This document shows positions 13,380-27,031 of a DNA stretch of 64,000 nt, in pieces. Location of the stretch: the NCBI GenBank assembly GCA_964016885.1, contig OZ024741.1, forward strand, positions 34,844,001-34,908,000, in the 5' to 3' direction. The stretch comes from Eledone cirrhosa (lineage: Eukaryota). The translations under genes and the position numbers were made by a program. The number at the start of each line of letters is the position of its first letter. The stretch's first letter is position 1. The notes under the pieces are model-generated. The model was not told where the DNA came from and did not search any database. It saw only the letters and a program-made list of their open reading frames with translations.

Positions 13380-13540
13380 TCCTTTGTCAGTGTTGAACAA
13401 ATGAGCAACGGTGGTTGCTAGACACTGCGGCTTTATACGGGATGTTTGTTTACAAACACACCGAGCATTATAATAAATGTTTGGACCCAGCCGATTAACC
13501 CACTCGATATGCAAATTGGGCTACACAGCCATTAATATGC

Positions 13541-14931
13541 ATCATCATCATCATCACCGTTTTACGTCCGTTCTTCCACGCTAGCATGGGTTAGACGGGT
13601 TGTCCTGTTGTGGGCAGTGTCTGGTCGGCTGACCATGCCTTGCTCATCCAGGAACTGATTTGGCTTGATTTCTACAGCTGGATGCCCTTCCTAACACCAA
13701 CCTCATTTACAGTGAGTGCTGGGTGCTTTTTCGTGGCGCCTACACGTCCACTTTACAGTGTGGGCTGGATGCTTTTTTGCCGTGGCAGCTCCACTACCAC
13801 CTTGCGGTGGGGAGAGTGGGGGCATATTGTCTATATGCTTCAGCTTGTACCCATGGGAGGTCGGGTACTCTGTATTACTGCGTGACGCCAGAAGTCACGG
13901 TCGTGTGTCATTGCTTTTGAGAGGTGTAATTGGGTAAGGTCGGCTTTTATCACCTCATCCCAAGTCATCTTGGGTCTCCCCACTCCGCAGTTTCCATCAA
14001 CTTCAAGTGCTCTGCACCTTTTTATGCAGCTGTCATCCTTCATGCGCATCACATGTCCATACCAGCGCAACCGCCTCTCCTGCACACAGCATTTGATTCC
14101 TCTTATGCTCAGTCTCTCTCTCAATTCATTTATGCTTTGTCGTTCAAGTATATTACTGTTACACATCCATCGGAGCATGCAGGCTTCGTTTCTCTCTAAT
14201 CTACGTAAGTCTTCCACCATCAGCGCCCAGGTCTCACTACCATGCAACATTGTTGTTCGGATACACACATCATACAGTCTGCCTTTCATTCTGAGGGAGA
14301 AGCCTTTTGCAGCTAGCAGTGGTAGTAGTTCCCTAAACTTCTTCCATCCCGTTCTTACCCTAGTTATTGTACTTTCTGAACACCCACCTCCGCTGCTAAT
14401 TCGGTCACCTAGGTAGCAGAAGCTGTCTACTGTTTCTACAGAGCCCTCCCAGAGATTGGTGGTACTTGTTTCCTGTGGCTGTTTGCTGCTTGCTGTCTCA
14501 TCACAGCTGCTGCATGTGAAGCCTACATTCTTAATTAAGCTTCCTGAGATCCCGCTACATCTCTTGTGTACCCATTGTTTGCATTTGGGGCAGAGAATGG
14601 AGTTCCTACCTACACCTTTCCTACATACTGAGCAAGGCCATTTCCCTGGGGGGATCTGGGTTCTGTTTTCTCGTCTACTTACAAGGACCTTAGTATTTGT
14701 CATGTTGACTTTGAGACCCTTTCTTTCTAGTCCCTGCTTCCAAGTTTGGAATTTATTCTCTGGTTCTACCATAGATTCAGCTATGAGTGCGAGGTCATCA
14801 GCATACAGGAGTTCCCATGGGCATCCGGTCTTAAACTCCTCCATTATTGCCTGCAGGACTATGATGAACAGGAGGGGGCTAAGAACAGAGCCCTGGTGGA
14901 CCCCAACCTGTACGCTAAATTCCTCGCTATA
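13541..14931 (-). mobile_element. RTE LINE (subfamily A), 5'-truncated
   Basis: ORF 13840-14844 ([27 protein letters not shown]), 3'UTR and (GAT)n tail; inserted inside the hammerhead-bearing unit. Confidence 0.93.
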
Positions 14932-15114
14932 AGGAAAGTATATACTTTCAGACGTTCAATCATCTGGCAGGAAGGTATACGGTATATTTCCGTTTATATA
15001 TATATATATATATACATATGCCCAAAACGTCGCACCCATACACCCCACTCTCACTAAGCGTGAACCTAATACCTTTTGTAACTTGTACTCCTGCATTGTT
15101 GTGTTTTACTTTGC

Positions 15115-15170
<56 letters not shown>

Positions 15171-15212
15171 ATTAGAAAGTGAACAACACAAAATATATAT
15201 AGATATCTTTAT

Positions 15213-15553
15213 GGAGGCACATGGCTTAGTGGTTAGAGCATTGGCCTTTCAATCGAAAGGTTGTGAGTTCAATTCTCAGACCGGGTGATGTGTTGTTTCC
15301 TTGAGCAAGACACTTTATTTCACATTGCTCCAGTTTACTCAGCTGTAGAAATGAGATGATAGGGACTGGCGTCCCTATCATTCCACTGTAAAGTGGTCGT
15401 GTAGGCGCCACGGAAAAAAAGCACCCAGCACTCACTGTAAATGAGGTTGGTGTTAGGAAGGGCATCCAGCTGTAGAAATCAAGCCGGAATCAGTTCCCGT
15501 CCTACCCTTGCAAGCAGGGAAAAGCGGACGTAAAATGATGATGATGATGATGA
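15213..15553 (+). mobile_element. tRNA-derived SINE with V/Meta-like core and RTE-derived tail
   Basis: A-box TGGCTTAGTGG, B-box GAGTTCAATTC, core ccttgagcaagacactt, 3' part homologous to the RTE 3'UTR, (ATG)n tail. Confidence 0.85.
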
Positions 15554-16029
15554 TCTTTCTTTAAAAAATATATAGATAGATAGATAGTTATACTTTTCAA
15601 TATATATCCCGTCCCACCCTTGCAAGCAGGGAAAAAGTGGACGTAAAATGAATAGATGTGAAATTAAAAACTAGAACATTTTGTCATTTACTGCTGCTAT
15701 TACCATTACCACCACTTTCCTTCTCTCACTCTATTACACACACACTCTTACCATCCCCTTTCCACTGTGTGACCAACAATTTACACTATATGTAATCTTT
15801 TGTTAGCACTTTAATATAATAGATGACTTGTGTGTAATGCATGCATATCTAGTGTTTATACTGTATGTACAAATAGCAAAACAATAAAGTAATTGGAACT
15901 TAAGACAAGTAGGCCTCCTCAAAATCATAGGCGCAGGCCACAATCTCTGATTTGGCCTGCACAATCACATATGCATTACATACACAAATAATCACACACA
16001 TACACCTCCCATTCGCCAACACCCACTCA

Positions 16030-16405
16030 CCCACTTCTGATCACAGCACCTTTCCAAAGTAAAGTTGTTGGTATCACAATAAAAACACCCAGCCCACACT
16101 GTAAAGTGGTTGTGTAGGTGTCACAGCAAAAAGCACCCAGCCCACACTGTAAAGTGGTTGTGTAGGAGTCAAAACAAAATGCACCCAGCTCACACTGTAA
16201 AGTGGTTGTGTAGGTGTCACAACAAAAAGCACCCAGCACACACTGTAAAGCGGTTAGCATTAGGAAGGGCATCCAACTGTAGAAACCAAACCAAGCCTAA
16301 ATCAGTTCTGTATGACCAAGACATGGTCACCTCACCCAACTTACCTCAAACAGGACAACCCGTTTAACCCATGTTAGTCTTGAAAATGGACTTTAAACGA
16401 TGATG
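16030..16405 (+). mobile_element. RTE 3'UTR/tail fragment with ~4 copies of the 48-bp unit
   Basis: Same unit as 1157-2098 (reverse complement); ends aaacgatgatg. Confidence 0.8.
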
Positions 16406-16529
16406 CACACATCTAACCAATCAAACTGACAGATTGTTTGTCATGTTTTCCTTATCTAAACCACTGACCAACAAGGGTGTATATTAAATGTAGGCTATTA
16501 ATAAATGTTGATATCATCAATATCTATTA

Positions 16530-16935
16530 TATAACGATTTCTAATTTAGGTACAAGGCCAGAAAATTTGTGGTGATGGGGGGATGGGTACAAAGTTGGTT
16601 AAATCAGCCCCAGTACTTGACTGGTACTATATTTTATCAACCCCAGAAGGATGAAAGGCAAAGTTGACTACATTGGGATTTGAATCCAAAATGGAGGAAG
16701 CTGGAACAAATATTGATTTCTAATTTAGGCACAAAGCCAGCAAATTATGGAGAAAGGGAAAAGTTGATTAAATTAGCCCCCAGTACTTATCTTATCTGGT
16801 ACTTTATTTTATCAACCCTGAAAAAGATAAAAGGCACTGTTGACTTTGGCAGGATTTAAACTCAGAATGTAAAAAGTCAGAACAAATACTACTATGGCAG
16901 TTTATCTGACACTTTACCAGTTATGCCAATCCATC
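16530..16935 (-). mobile_element. two tandem Nin/Deu-type SINEs
   Basis: Two consecutive reverse-complement copies (ctggtact.tattttatcaaccc...gatgaaaggcaaagttgact). Confidence 0.7.
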
Positions 16936-16964
16936 ATTCTAATATATATATATATTTCCATCAT

Positions 16965-17177
16965 TGTGGATTGGCAGTATCGGTAGAGAGTCGGACACCA
17001 TGCTTTGCAGCTTAGAGTTACGGCCCTTTATGTTCTGAGTTCAAATCCCGCCGAGGTTAACTTTGCCTTTCATCCTTACGGGGTCGATAAAATAAAGTAC
17101 CAGTCATGCACTGGGGTCGATTTAATCGACCCCCCCCCCCAAATTGCTGGCCTTGTGCCTATCATAGAAATCATTAT
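16965..17177 (+). mobile_element. Nin/Deu-domain tRNA SINE (well preserved)
   Basis: B-box gagttcaaatccc; gcctttcatccttacggggtcgataaaataaagtaccag core typical of Nin/Deu SINEs. Confidence 0.85.
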
Positions 17178-17799
17178 CTATATAAACAGAATACACTGCA
17201 TTAAACATTCGTTTTATAAATTGCTATTCACGTTTTCCTTATAATTTTTCAAGTATATCTTATAAAGTGCCCAAGTTTAGTGTGTGCAAAATGGTCCTTA
17301 ACTCTTTTAATACCAATCCACCTGGAACTGACCATGTTTCTATGATACAAAATTCTCCATCTTAAAGTATTTTATTCAATTTTAAACCTGCCCTCAAACC
17401 TGTTATGTTATGTTCCAACAGTAGCTTGATAATGGATAATTAGTTATTTTACACAAATGTTTTATTATCTTTAAAATTAACTGAAACACATGAAATATAT
17501 TAAAAAAAGAGTTAGTTAATATTTCAAGTGCAGGCCTTATTCCAGTCATATGATATGACTGGGGCCCTTCTCATTAAAACTCTCAAGAAACCTTTTATGA
17601 GATGCACCCTCATAAGTGGTTGGCCAAATCTAGGCAAGTGTGAGCTGTAACAATAACAACACTTCATGAGTGCTTGTTTTATTGACTTGAGAGCAGGGAT
17701 TGTGAACCTGCAAGCTCTACCTTACCTTGAGTGAGTTTTAGATACTCTGAAATGTCTAGTTATTCATTCAGTTATTAATTATTATTGTTATTATTATTA

Positions 17800-17998
17800 G
17801 AGCGACATATAACATGCTTTGCAACATAGAGTTATGGTCCTTTACATTCTGAGTTCAAATCTCGCTGAGGTTAGCTTTACCTTTCCTCCTTACAAGTTGA
17901 TAAAATAAAGTACCAGTAAGACACTGGGGTTGATTTAATCTTTTCCCTTCTCCAAAATTGCTGGCCTTGTGCCTAATATAGAAACAATTATTATTATT
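17800..17998 (+). mobile_element. Nin/Deu-domain SINE
   Basis: Homologous to 16965-17177; (ATT)n tail. Confidence 0.75.
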
Positions 17999-19848
17999 GT
18001 CACTATTATGCCCCAAACACCAAAACATTTTCAGATCCAATTATATGCCGACCCCCTTATTTTATGTCTGAGGAATAGACAAAACTCCAAACCCCGTTTA
18101 TAAGCCAAGGCAGCTAATCAACACATTGTTTAGATGGTGTGGTTTTGAAATTCGCCTGAGTATGAAATATAGTTATGAAGTTTTAATATTTTTATGTCTA
18201 AATGTTTTACATGTAGTTTTTGTTTCATAACTTTATTACATAATGAGTTTCTATTATGTCAAGTTTCAACAAATTTCTTGAATTTTTGTTTACTTCCAGC
18301 CACTCACATGCTAGGAGTACTTTGAAAGCACAAAATATTGAATAAGAGTACTCTGTATAGGGATTCATAGAGTAGAAGACGGAGGGAGAGACAGCAAGTG
18401 AGAGTGAGGGGGCAGAGTGAGAAGGGAGAGAGCGGGAACAATAAAATCAAATCAAAAGATTAAAAAAAATATTGTCAGAGGAAAAAATTATGCGTGTGCG
18501 TATGTCTGTGTGTGTGTGTGCACATGTGCATATGTGTATGTGATATTTATGTATTAAAAAGTTTAAATAATAAATATTTGTTGGAAATATTTTCAAGGGA
18601 ATGCATAAATAACACCAACGACAACATAGTAAATGTAGAAAAACAGTGTTTCATTGTGAAATAATTATTCCAGATATTTTAACATCTTATTTATGTAGAA
18701 TTTGAAGTTGGCGAAAATTGTCAAAATATTGACCCACTCCCCATTTTACTGATTTTTTGGTTACATATTCCTCATCTTATATTCAAGTATATATGGTAAT
18801 TAGTTAAGTTTTTCCCCTCATTAACATGTTGCTCCATATTTTTAGATTGGGTACACTGTATCCCTGTGTGTCATACGAGGTGTACACTGTCCTTGTGTCA
18901 TACGAGGGGTACACTGTGTCCCTGTGTCATACGAGAGGTACTCATGATCATTGTGTGTCATATGAGGAGATACAGTGGATCTCTGTGTGTGACAAGTAGG
19001 CTACACTGTATTCCTGTAAGTCTTCAGAGGCAACAGGTTTTGAACCAGGAAGGGTATCCAAATGTAAACACTGCCTCAAAGAATCCATTTAATCCATGAA
19101 AAGGCAGGCATAAACTCAATGATAAAGTATGAAAGCTCTAACTTGACTGTTATTTTTTGTGCAAATGATGTCCCTAACTAATTTTTCCCAGTCATATAAC
19201 AGCAGGGTTACCTCTATACTGTAAGGGCAGTATTTGATAAACCAATAATAAAGTTCAAGTAATTTTTGTTTGTGTAAGGCTGTAGACAATTGGATTTATC
19301 AAATATAATGCTAGTATTTATTTATATCAATTTTAGGGGAGGGCGGAATTTACTATATTCATACTTGACCTTTTTTTATATTAGTATGTCCAAAACCTAT
19401 TCTGATTCTATGAAACAAATTCTAAAGGGCTTCTCTTTAAATAAAACATATCTTTCTACACAATTTGATATAAGAACCTTTTGTTAAGTTATATTACAAT
19501 TACCATCTTTTTCTCCTTTTCACATTTTTTTTCTCTTCCTTTTCTGTTCCCTTTAATCGTGTTTTGTTTTTCTTAGATCCTACTCAATATGTACTTATTG
19601 ATTAATAAAATTACCATCTTAATAATAAAATGATAGTTTTAACAAATCCCTTCAACTTATTCATTAATCAATTGAAATACCACATATTTCATTAAGCTCA
19701 TCAATATCAATACAAATGTAGTGATAGCAGTCGTAGTAACTGTGTGTGTGTGTCTCCTTTAGAATAGGACATTGTATTCCTGCATATCATAGAAGGCTAA
19801 TTAAGGGTTAGCACCAGGAGGACATCTGGAGATAAAGCAATGCCATAA

Positions 19849-20043
19849 CCCTTTAGCAATTAAACTGGCCATATCCAGCCAAATTCCTTCACCTCTTTCT
19901 GTTCAAATTTACTGAAACCGACTGCTCATAGGTATTGTTCTCAAAATAAATAATATCAAAATCTCAGATTCGATATTATGTGAGATAAAGCCTTTACTGT
20001 GAAAATATAATAGTATATATAGAGTAATGTAAATGATAAAGGG
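19849..20043. mobile_element. piggyBac-like MITE (reverse orientation)
   Basis: ccctttagca...aatgataaagggTTAA; same family as 4537-4741. Confidence 0.7.
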
Positions 20044-21084
20044 TTAAGAGGAAACCCATGATGAGTGTGGAGCCTGTCACGGCACTACAGGGTTATGGCC
20101 TTAAAATATTTGTTGTATAATTTGATATAAGAATCTTTTGTTAAGTGAAAATTACAAATATCATCTTAAGATTGAAATAATTAATAATTTTAGTAAATTC
20201 CTGACAAAATGTTCATTAATTGAAATATCATATATTTCATTATGATTATGGTCAGGAAAGAGTTAAAACCATCAACATCTAAACTATAGTAGTAGTAGTA
20301 GTAGTGGTGGTGGTGGTAGAGGGAAAAATATATTAAACTTACTGGCTGCTGGAAGCTCTTTCTTATATTGTTTGTATTAATATCACTACCATTCTCTTGT
20401 AGTTGGGAGTTTTTTGTGATTGGGAGTTATGTAGGTTGCCTGTGCAGTTGACACCTCTCTCACTACTCTGGGATGACAGAACACATTTAACACAACCAAG
20501 GGGTGGTGGATAGTGGGGCAGATGAGTAACAAAATGTTATGTCCTGTTTTTCTCTTCTCATGACATTTCCTCATGGATGTTTAAAAAGTATTCAATATTG
20601 GCAATAGTAGAGGCTAATTAGTCATTTTAGATGATGTGACTGTATTAGAGAGAGGTGAAAGGTTGTCTGCTGGCACCCAACCAGCTCTTCACATATTTAT
20701 CAACCAATGAGACTATTCTTTCTCACACACCCTCTCTCACATATACACTCTTTCATATTGCTTATAGTTGTGCAATACCCCCCATGCTTCTATTGTCATA
20801 CAAACCCATTGATGTGTATAGAAATTTGTATATACATACAAAATCAGTTCTGTACGAGCAAGACATGGTCACCTGACCTGACATTGCTCACAACAGGATA
20901 ACTCCTTTAACCTATGCCAGCATGGAAAAAGATGGACATTAAATGGTAATGATGATATGCAGACAACTAGACAGTAACATTAACACATTTAAAGAAACTC
21001 AGATATGTGCACATTTATATAAAGGCATCTTTTTACATATACTCACATATACATATTGATATGTGTACCATCTAACAAATCTAA

Positions 21085-22247
21085 CATCACCTGTGAACTA
21101 TCATCCAGTCAGTCTTACTAGTTGCATCGCCAAACTGATGGAATCCTGTGTCAGAGAAACACTTTGGAACTTCTGGAGCTCTCAGAGTCTTATCCGGCCC
21201 TCGCAATTTGGATTTATCCCCAACTCCAGCTGCTGTGATCAACTTATAGTTTCTTGAGGACATCACCCGGATCACTGATGGTGGCTCATGGGTGGATGTT
21301 GTTTACCTTGACTTTGCGAAAGCCTTCAATTCTGTGCCACACAAAAGGCTTATGGCAAAACTCTCTGCAATGGGTGTGAAGGATGATCTTTTTAACTGGT
21401 TGAAGTCCTTCGTTCTCAGTCAAAGAGAGGTAGTCACGGTTCTGGGACAGCATTCCTCACTATATGAGATATCATCTGGTGTACCACAGGGATCTGTTCT
21501 TGGCCCCCTTTTGTTTGTGGCATATATTAATGACATAGATGCCAACTTAAAGAATGCCACGGTACTAAAGTACGCAGATGACATCAAGCTGTACCTTGAG
21601 ATAAAAAGGACAGATCCTGAACACTATAGATCTTGCTTGCAGTCTGACCTGGACACAATGCAACAATGGATCTCAGACTGGCAACTCAAGCTAGCTGTGG
21701 ACAAGTGCACCACCATGCATTTTGGGAGTAAAAACCCAGCGTCCACATACTCCCTCCACAGCACTAATATCAAGAAGTCTTCTTGTGAACGTGACCTGGG
21801 CATTATGGTCAGCAGCGATTTGTGCTGGACGAGGCACGTCTCTAAAATTGTCAAGAGGGCCGAGGGTGTCTTAGCATCACTCAGCAAGACCTTTGTCAGC
21901 CGCTCTCCAGATATCTATTTAAGGCTGTACATGGCTATGGTGCGGCCACACTTAGAATTTGCATCACCAGTCTGGAACCCCTATCTTGCTCAGAACATTG
22001 ACTGCCTGGAAACTGTTCAGAGACGTGCAACGAAGCAAATACCCTCCATCAGGCATCTACCATACTCTGAGCGCCTTGCTTCCCTGGGCATGGATACATT
22101 GAAGCTCTGACGCCTGGCAACTGACTTGGTAAACACCCACAAAATTGTTAACCATCTTGCCAACAACAACCCTGAGTACCTTTTTGATTTCCATGTGTCT
22201 AACACACGTGGACATGCCCACAAGGTCAGAAAACAGCACAGTTCCAA
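21085..22247 (+). mobile_element. CR1-like LINE, RT region, 5'-truncated with stops
   Basis: NYHPVSLTS, QFGF, YLDFAKAFNSV, SGVPQGSVLGP, KYADD, ERDLG, VRPHLEF, E.VQRRATK motifs; runs into the assembly gap. Confidence 0.9.
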
Positions 22248-22447
22248 NNNNNNNNNNNNNNNNNNNNNNNNNNNNNNNNNNNNNNNNNNNNNNNNNNNNN
22301 NNNNNNNNNNNNNNNNNNNNNNNNNNNNNNNNNNNNNNNNNNNNNNNNNNNNNNNNNNNNNNNNNNNNNNNNNNNNNNNNNNNNNNNNNNNNNNNNNNNN
22401 NNNNNNNNNNNNNNNNNNNNNNNNNNNNNNNNNNNNNNNNNNNNNNN
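22248..22447. other. assembly gap (200 N)
   Basis: Run of N. Confidence 1.
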
Positions 22448-22669
22448 CCTCTTTGTACTAACTGTATCAACAAGCTGCTCTTGAAAAAAGCAACTGCAGA
22501 GGTATCAAATTCATGAACCAAATTATGAAAGTAACAGAAATAGTTAGAGCACAACTGATTAAGAACTGAATTAGTTTAGATAAGATGTGGTTTGGGCTTG
22601 TGTGACCAGAGCCTTCTTCCTAGTGAGACAACTACAGGAGAGGTTCTTAAATCTACTATACTACTATAC

Positions 22670-22885
22670 CTATCATTCTTCAATCTGGAAAAGACCTTTG
22701 ATAGGATACCATACTCTGTAGTCTGGTGGCTGCTCAGAAAGCTAAATGAACATGAATGGCTTTAAGACCAATGCAGGCCATGTACAGAGATGCAATCAGC
22801 AAAGTAAGCATTTGCAATGAGTTCAGCAAAGAATTTAGCATGCAGGTAGATGTCTATCAGGGCTTAGTTATCAGGCCCCTCCATA
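22670..22885 (+). mobile_element. degenerate RTE RT fragment
   Basis: LEK.FDRIP...WW.LRKL...EWL-like sequence homologous to the RTE copies. Confidence 0.6.
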
Positions 22886-24690
22886 AACAGATTTGTTTTA
22901 ATAAAATATAATGCAAAAGAGAGAGAATTATTTAATGGCCTGTTTCAAGTTTGAGTTGCACATCATGCGACCCCCTTCACACTTTAATTTTTTTATTATA
23001 TCATTTTTTAAAGAAAAGTCTTCAGAAATTTTTAGCTTTTGCACAACAGATTCAGAATTTTCAAAAAATGTAAAAAAAATTTTTCAGTGTTTTTTTTTCA
23101 AAATATTTTTGAGCAAAATAAAGAAGACAATGTGTATTCAATAATGAAAGTATAAGTATAGTACACTTTTATTTTCTTTAATAAAAGCAATGGGATAAAT
23201 GAGTAAACTTTTTTACAATATTTTCCATTGAAATGACGAAATACATAGAAAGATCATATATTCGTTAACAAGAACATAATATATCAAACCCAAAGACATA
23301 GTATCCACAAACTCAAGAAAATGTAAATCACAGTCCTTCAATCAACCATACTCAAACCATACTGCACCAGCCATAAACATATCCTTGAAAACTATACCAA
23401 AACAACCAGCCTGCTCCAGTTATTGGTATGAGGGTGACAGGCATTATCAGGCTGCAGCTATTGTATTACAGAGTTTCTTTGTTTGCAAGGGAAATTACAT
23501 TTTCATACTTAAAAAATTAAAGCAAGAGCATTTCAACACCATCATTGTACACAGTGGATATGGTTATGATGCAAGAAATTCTGTATTGTAAATATACTAA
23601 CTAGTTGCAACTCTAATTTGAAGAAACCAGCCATTCACCTGATCACCTATCAATTAGGTGATCCAAGTGGAAGGGGGCTACAGTAAATGGAGGCAAATAA
23701 AGACCTAGGCAGAAGTTGCCAGAGCTGATCTTAAATCACTGAATCTCACAGCCAAGTTGACAAAGGACTGGGACAAATGAAAATATGCTGTGCTGGAAAG
23801 GACCTGTCCAACCCATGCAAGCATGGACAAACGGATATAAGCAGGGACAAGCTTGGCAAACGGATATACATTATTCTATGTACTATACATGCACCTTTGA
23901 TGAGTTGTAGTGCACCTGAGCACTGTACACAATCATTTCATAATTATTATTATTATTATTATAATTATAAAACAGTGATGATGATATTTTAGTACTTAAT
24001 TTAAATCATTTTATTCAATCACCATTTACATCAATAATGGCATTTAATGCTTAATATATATTATTCTATTGATATAATCATGGTATACCCAAAGAAGAAC
24101 TGTTGGCAGTGTAGTATCTAATATTTAAGATATGGCATTAACTGCAAAAAAGTTATTACCAATGTGTCTGCAATAAAACTATTGTCAATGTGCCTGCAAG
24201 CAAGCTATTACCAACGTGTTTGAAACCAAGCTATTACTAATGTATCTTTGAAATCTACAAGATTAATAGCACTTGAAAAGAAATTCATACAGACAAGATA
24301 AAGTTTTAACGTATTTTCAAGAACTCTACCAGGGAATGATGCTTTACTGTTAGCTTACATTTGGTTTATAATAGAAGAGAAAATATCACAGGAATCGAGT
24401 CACTATTTGCCAGACATTTTGTAACAGATACTAAATGAGAGTCGAAATTTCTTGTTGCGAAAGAATTTTTTAAAGAAAAAGTTTTCTTTTAAAAATAAAA
24501 TATGACTAATGGAACTTTGTAGATTCATTGCAACTGCAGTAAAAAAGTTATGAGAACAAACCAATGAAGAATCTAATCACTTGCTATTCCAACTGAAGTT
24601 GGTTGGTTATTAAAGGTTGCCTGTCTGAGTCTCTTTTATAGGTTTTTTGAGATAAACTGTCTTTTTTTTTTAAATCACAGCTAAGTTTAA

Positions 24691-25285
24691 CCCTTTAGCA
24701 TTTACATTACTCTATATATACTATTTTCATGGTAAAGGCTTTATCTCACATAATTGTCTCACATAATATGGAATCTAATAGATTTTGATGTTAGTTGTTT
24801 TGAGAAAAATACCTTAACAGTATGAGTGGCCAGTTACAGCTGGTTTAAACAGAAAGAGGTGAAAGAATTCTGGCCAGATACAGCCAGTTTAACCCTTTAA
24901 CATTTACATTACTCTATATTTACTATTGTATTTTCACGCTAAATACTTTATTTCACATAATATTCACATAAGCTATGAGAATTTGATATTATTTATTTAT
25001 TGGTAGAAGGTCGGATGCCATGCTTTGCAGCATAGAGTTACGGCTCTTTGCAGTCTGAATTCAAATCCCGCCAAGGTTAACTTTGCCTTTCATCCTTACG
25101 GGGTTGATAAAATAAAGTACCAGTAATGCACTGGGATAATTGCTGGCCTTGTTCCCAAAGTAGAAACAATTATTTATTTTGAGAAAAATACCTTAACATA
25201 AGAATGAGCAGCCAGTTATGGCTGGTTTGAACAAAAAGAGTTGAGAGAATTCTGGCTGGATATGGTCGGTTTAAATGCTAAAGTG
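24691..25285. mobile_element. two tandem piggyBac-like MITE copies, the second containing a Nin/Deu SINE (~25003-25172)
   Basis: TTAAccctttagca at 24687 and TTAAccctttaaca at 24889; aatgctaaagtgTTAA at the end; the SINE is flanked by attatttattt. Confidence 0.75.
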
Positions 25286-25911
25286 TTAAAAGTGACAGCT
25301 TATATGTCAAGTTTATATTTTAAGTTTAAATTAATGAATCTTTTGTTGCAAGATGAACTAAATTTGATTTAAATGAAGGCAGTTATATGAGTATTTATTT
25401 CAACATAGGTATGGACTGAGTCAATAAAAAATAACAAACAACATATAATGGAGAGGTACTGTATTTTACTGAAATGTGATGAGACTGAAGGACTAATACT
25501 GGCACATTTTAAATAGACATTTTATTTTTTAATAATAGTGGAATAGTGAAGAAGGAAGTAACTGAGAATTAATTAAAGAAGTTGAATTAGAGAGAAAGGA
25601 GGAGAGAGAGAGAAATAGAGTGGAAGAGAAACTGATAAGAAAGAGAGATTGGAAAATAGAAATATAGAAAGAAAGATTGGGAAAGATTGAAAGAGAGGGA
25701 GAGAAGGAGAGAAAAAAAAAGGTATTGGTTATCTGTATCAAACTAAATAGTCAATAATAAACAACAACAGAAAGGGTAAAAACACTCATTAGATTTGTAG
25801 TAACTGGAAGGGAATCAAGAATATAGATCAACTGGCATTGCAGACTTTTGGCACAATTCTCTTACAAAGAAATGTTTCATGTGAATAAGTTGTAAATTCT
25901 TCTCATTCTCA

Positions 25912-26036
25912 TCAGTGGTTTGAATTCTGAGCAAGCTGGCATGCTCGACAGCAAAGCCTTTGAAAATAAGGTCGATTGCAGTACTGTGATTGCACCACTA
26001 ATGGGCAATAAGCTACATGATATTTGTCCACACACT
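25912..26036 (-). CDS. ADAMTS6: ADAMTS6/10-like terminal coding exon (PLAC domain, stop TGA)
   Basis: Acceptor cttatttcag|AG, phase 1. (E)CVDKYHVAYCPLVVQSQYCNRPYFQRLCCRACQLAQNSNH* is a six-Cys PLAC domain closely resembling the C..VAYCPLV....CSR.YF..MCC..C terminus of vertebrate ADAMTS6/10. Confidence 0.93.
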
Positions 26037-27031
26037 CTGAAATAAGAATCACAAAGTTAGCATTATAAAGAATTTAACTCAGAAGTTGAGAAATTTAACC
26101 CTTTTGATATCAACCCATCCAAAACAAGCCCTATGAAACAAAACCACTCATTATAAAGGGTTCCTATTTAAACTAAAATCTACCATAATTTTATACAAGA
26201 ACCATATGTTAAATTATTATTTCATTTTTAAGATCATAACTTTAGTTATTCATCAAAATTCTTCATTAATTAATTGAAATAAAGTGTATTTTGTTAGAAA
26301 TACGGCCATGAAATGGTTAAAATCTAAATGAAGGTTTTGAAAATAACATGAATGTTCATTTATCTACTGGTATGAAGAAGATTAGTGTATCTCAATGATT
26401 TCCTGTTTTTTTTCACTATCAAGAACACTTTTTATTTTTATGAATTTCCCTACGGATCTCAGGTCTTTAAAATGGACAATGGGGGGACACAAAGGGACAC
26501 AACTGGTGATGAACTTAGGACACTAAAGAAGGAATGGGTTATATGAGATATCCATCACTGTGCTTGATATAAGTAGAAGTTGTAGTCATCATCATCATCA
26601 TCATCATTGTTGTTTTAACATAGTTAATAAATGACAATGATGATGATAAGTAGCAGATATCTACTACATGTATACAAACACACAGTGCATTATTATGTTG
26701 GCTAGTTAATTAGTTCATTAATCAACTGAGTAACTGGTTCACCAAAAGTCTTTTATAGTCTGTGACCTTACCAATATCTGTTTCTTGCTTTGCACTTCTT
26801 CCTTATCAACACTTATTTCATACTCATCAGAGAAGAAACCCCCACTCATGCAAGTGTTTCGGCCTTTATATATAACTCTTTAAAATTTACACACAAACAT
26901 ACACTTCATACATACAATGCATTTCATATAGCAGTCATATTGCTACAATAAGAAGTTCACTTTCCAGTTACAATGTTCTGTTCTAAGTAAATAGTTAATT
27001 TTCCAAAGTTACTCAGACATTTAATCCTGTG

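Larger units (their letters stand above)
12796..13540. mobile_element. hammerhead-containing non-coding ~425-bp unit (retrozyme / PLE pseudo-LTR-like) with an inverted partial copy
   Basis: Plus-strand unit 13052-13474 restarts at 13475. An inverted copy at 12796-13050 spans the unit junction. A further partial copy resumes at 14932-14981 after an RTE insertion. Same family as 54625-55225. Confidence 0.75.

Noticed and set aside
13970-14932. Antisense ORFs over RTE copies (for example 13970+, 14456+, 27461+, 40619-)
   Set aside because: Shadow frames of the RTE coding strand.
15213-15290. tRNA gene (also at 29884)
   Set aside because: A and B boxes are present, but the sequence continues into a SINE core and tail without a cloverleaf.
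23160-25911. ADAMTS 3'UTR end / polyA signal
   Set aside because: Several minus-strand AATAAA candidates in AT-rich sequence; I cannot choose one without transcript data.
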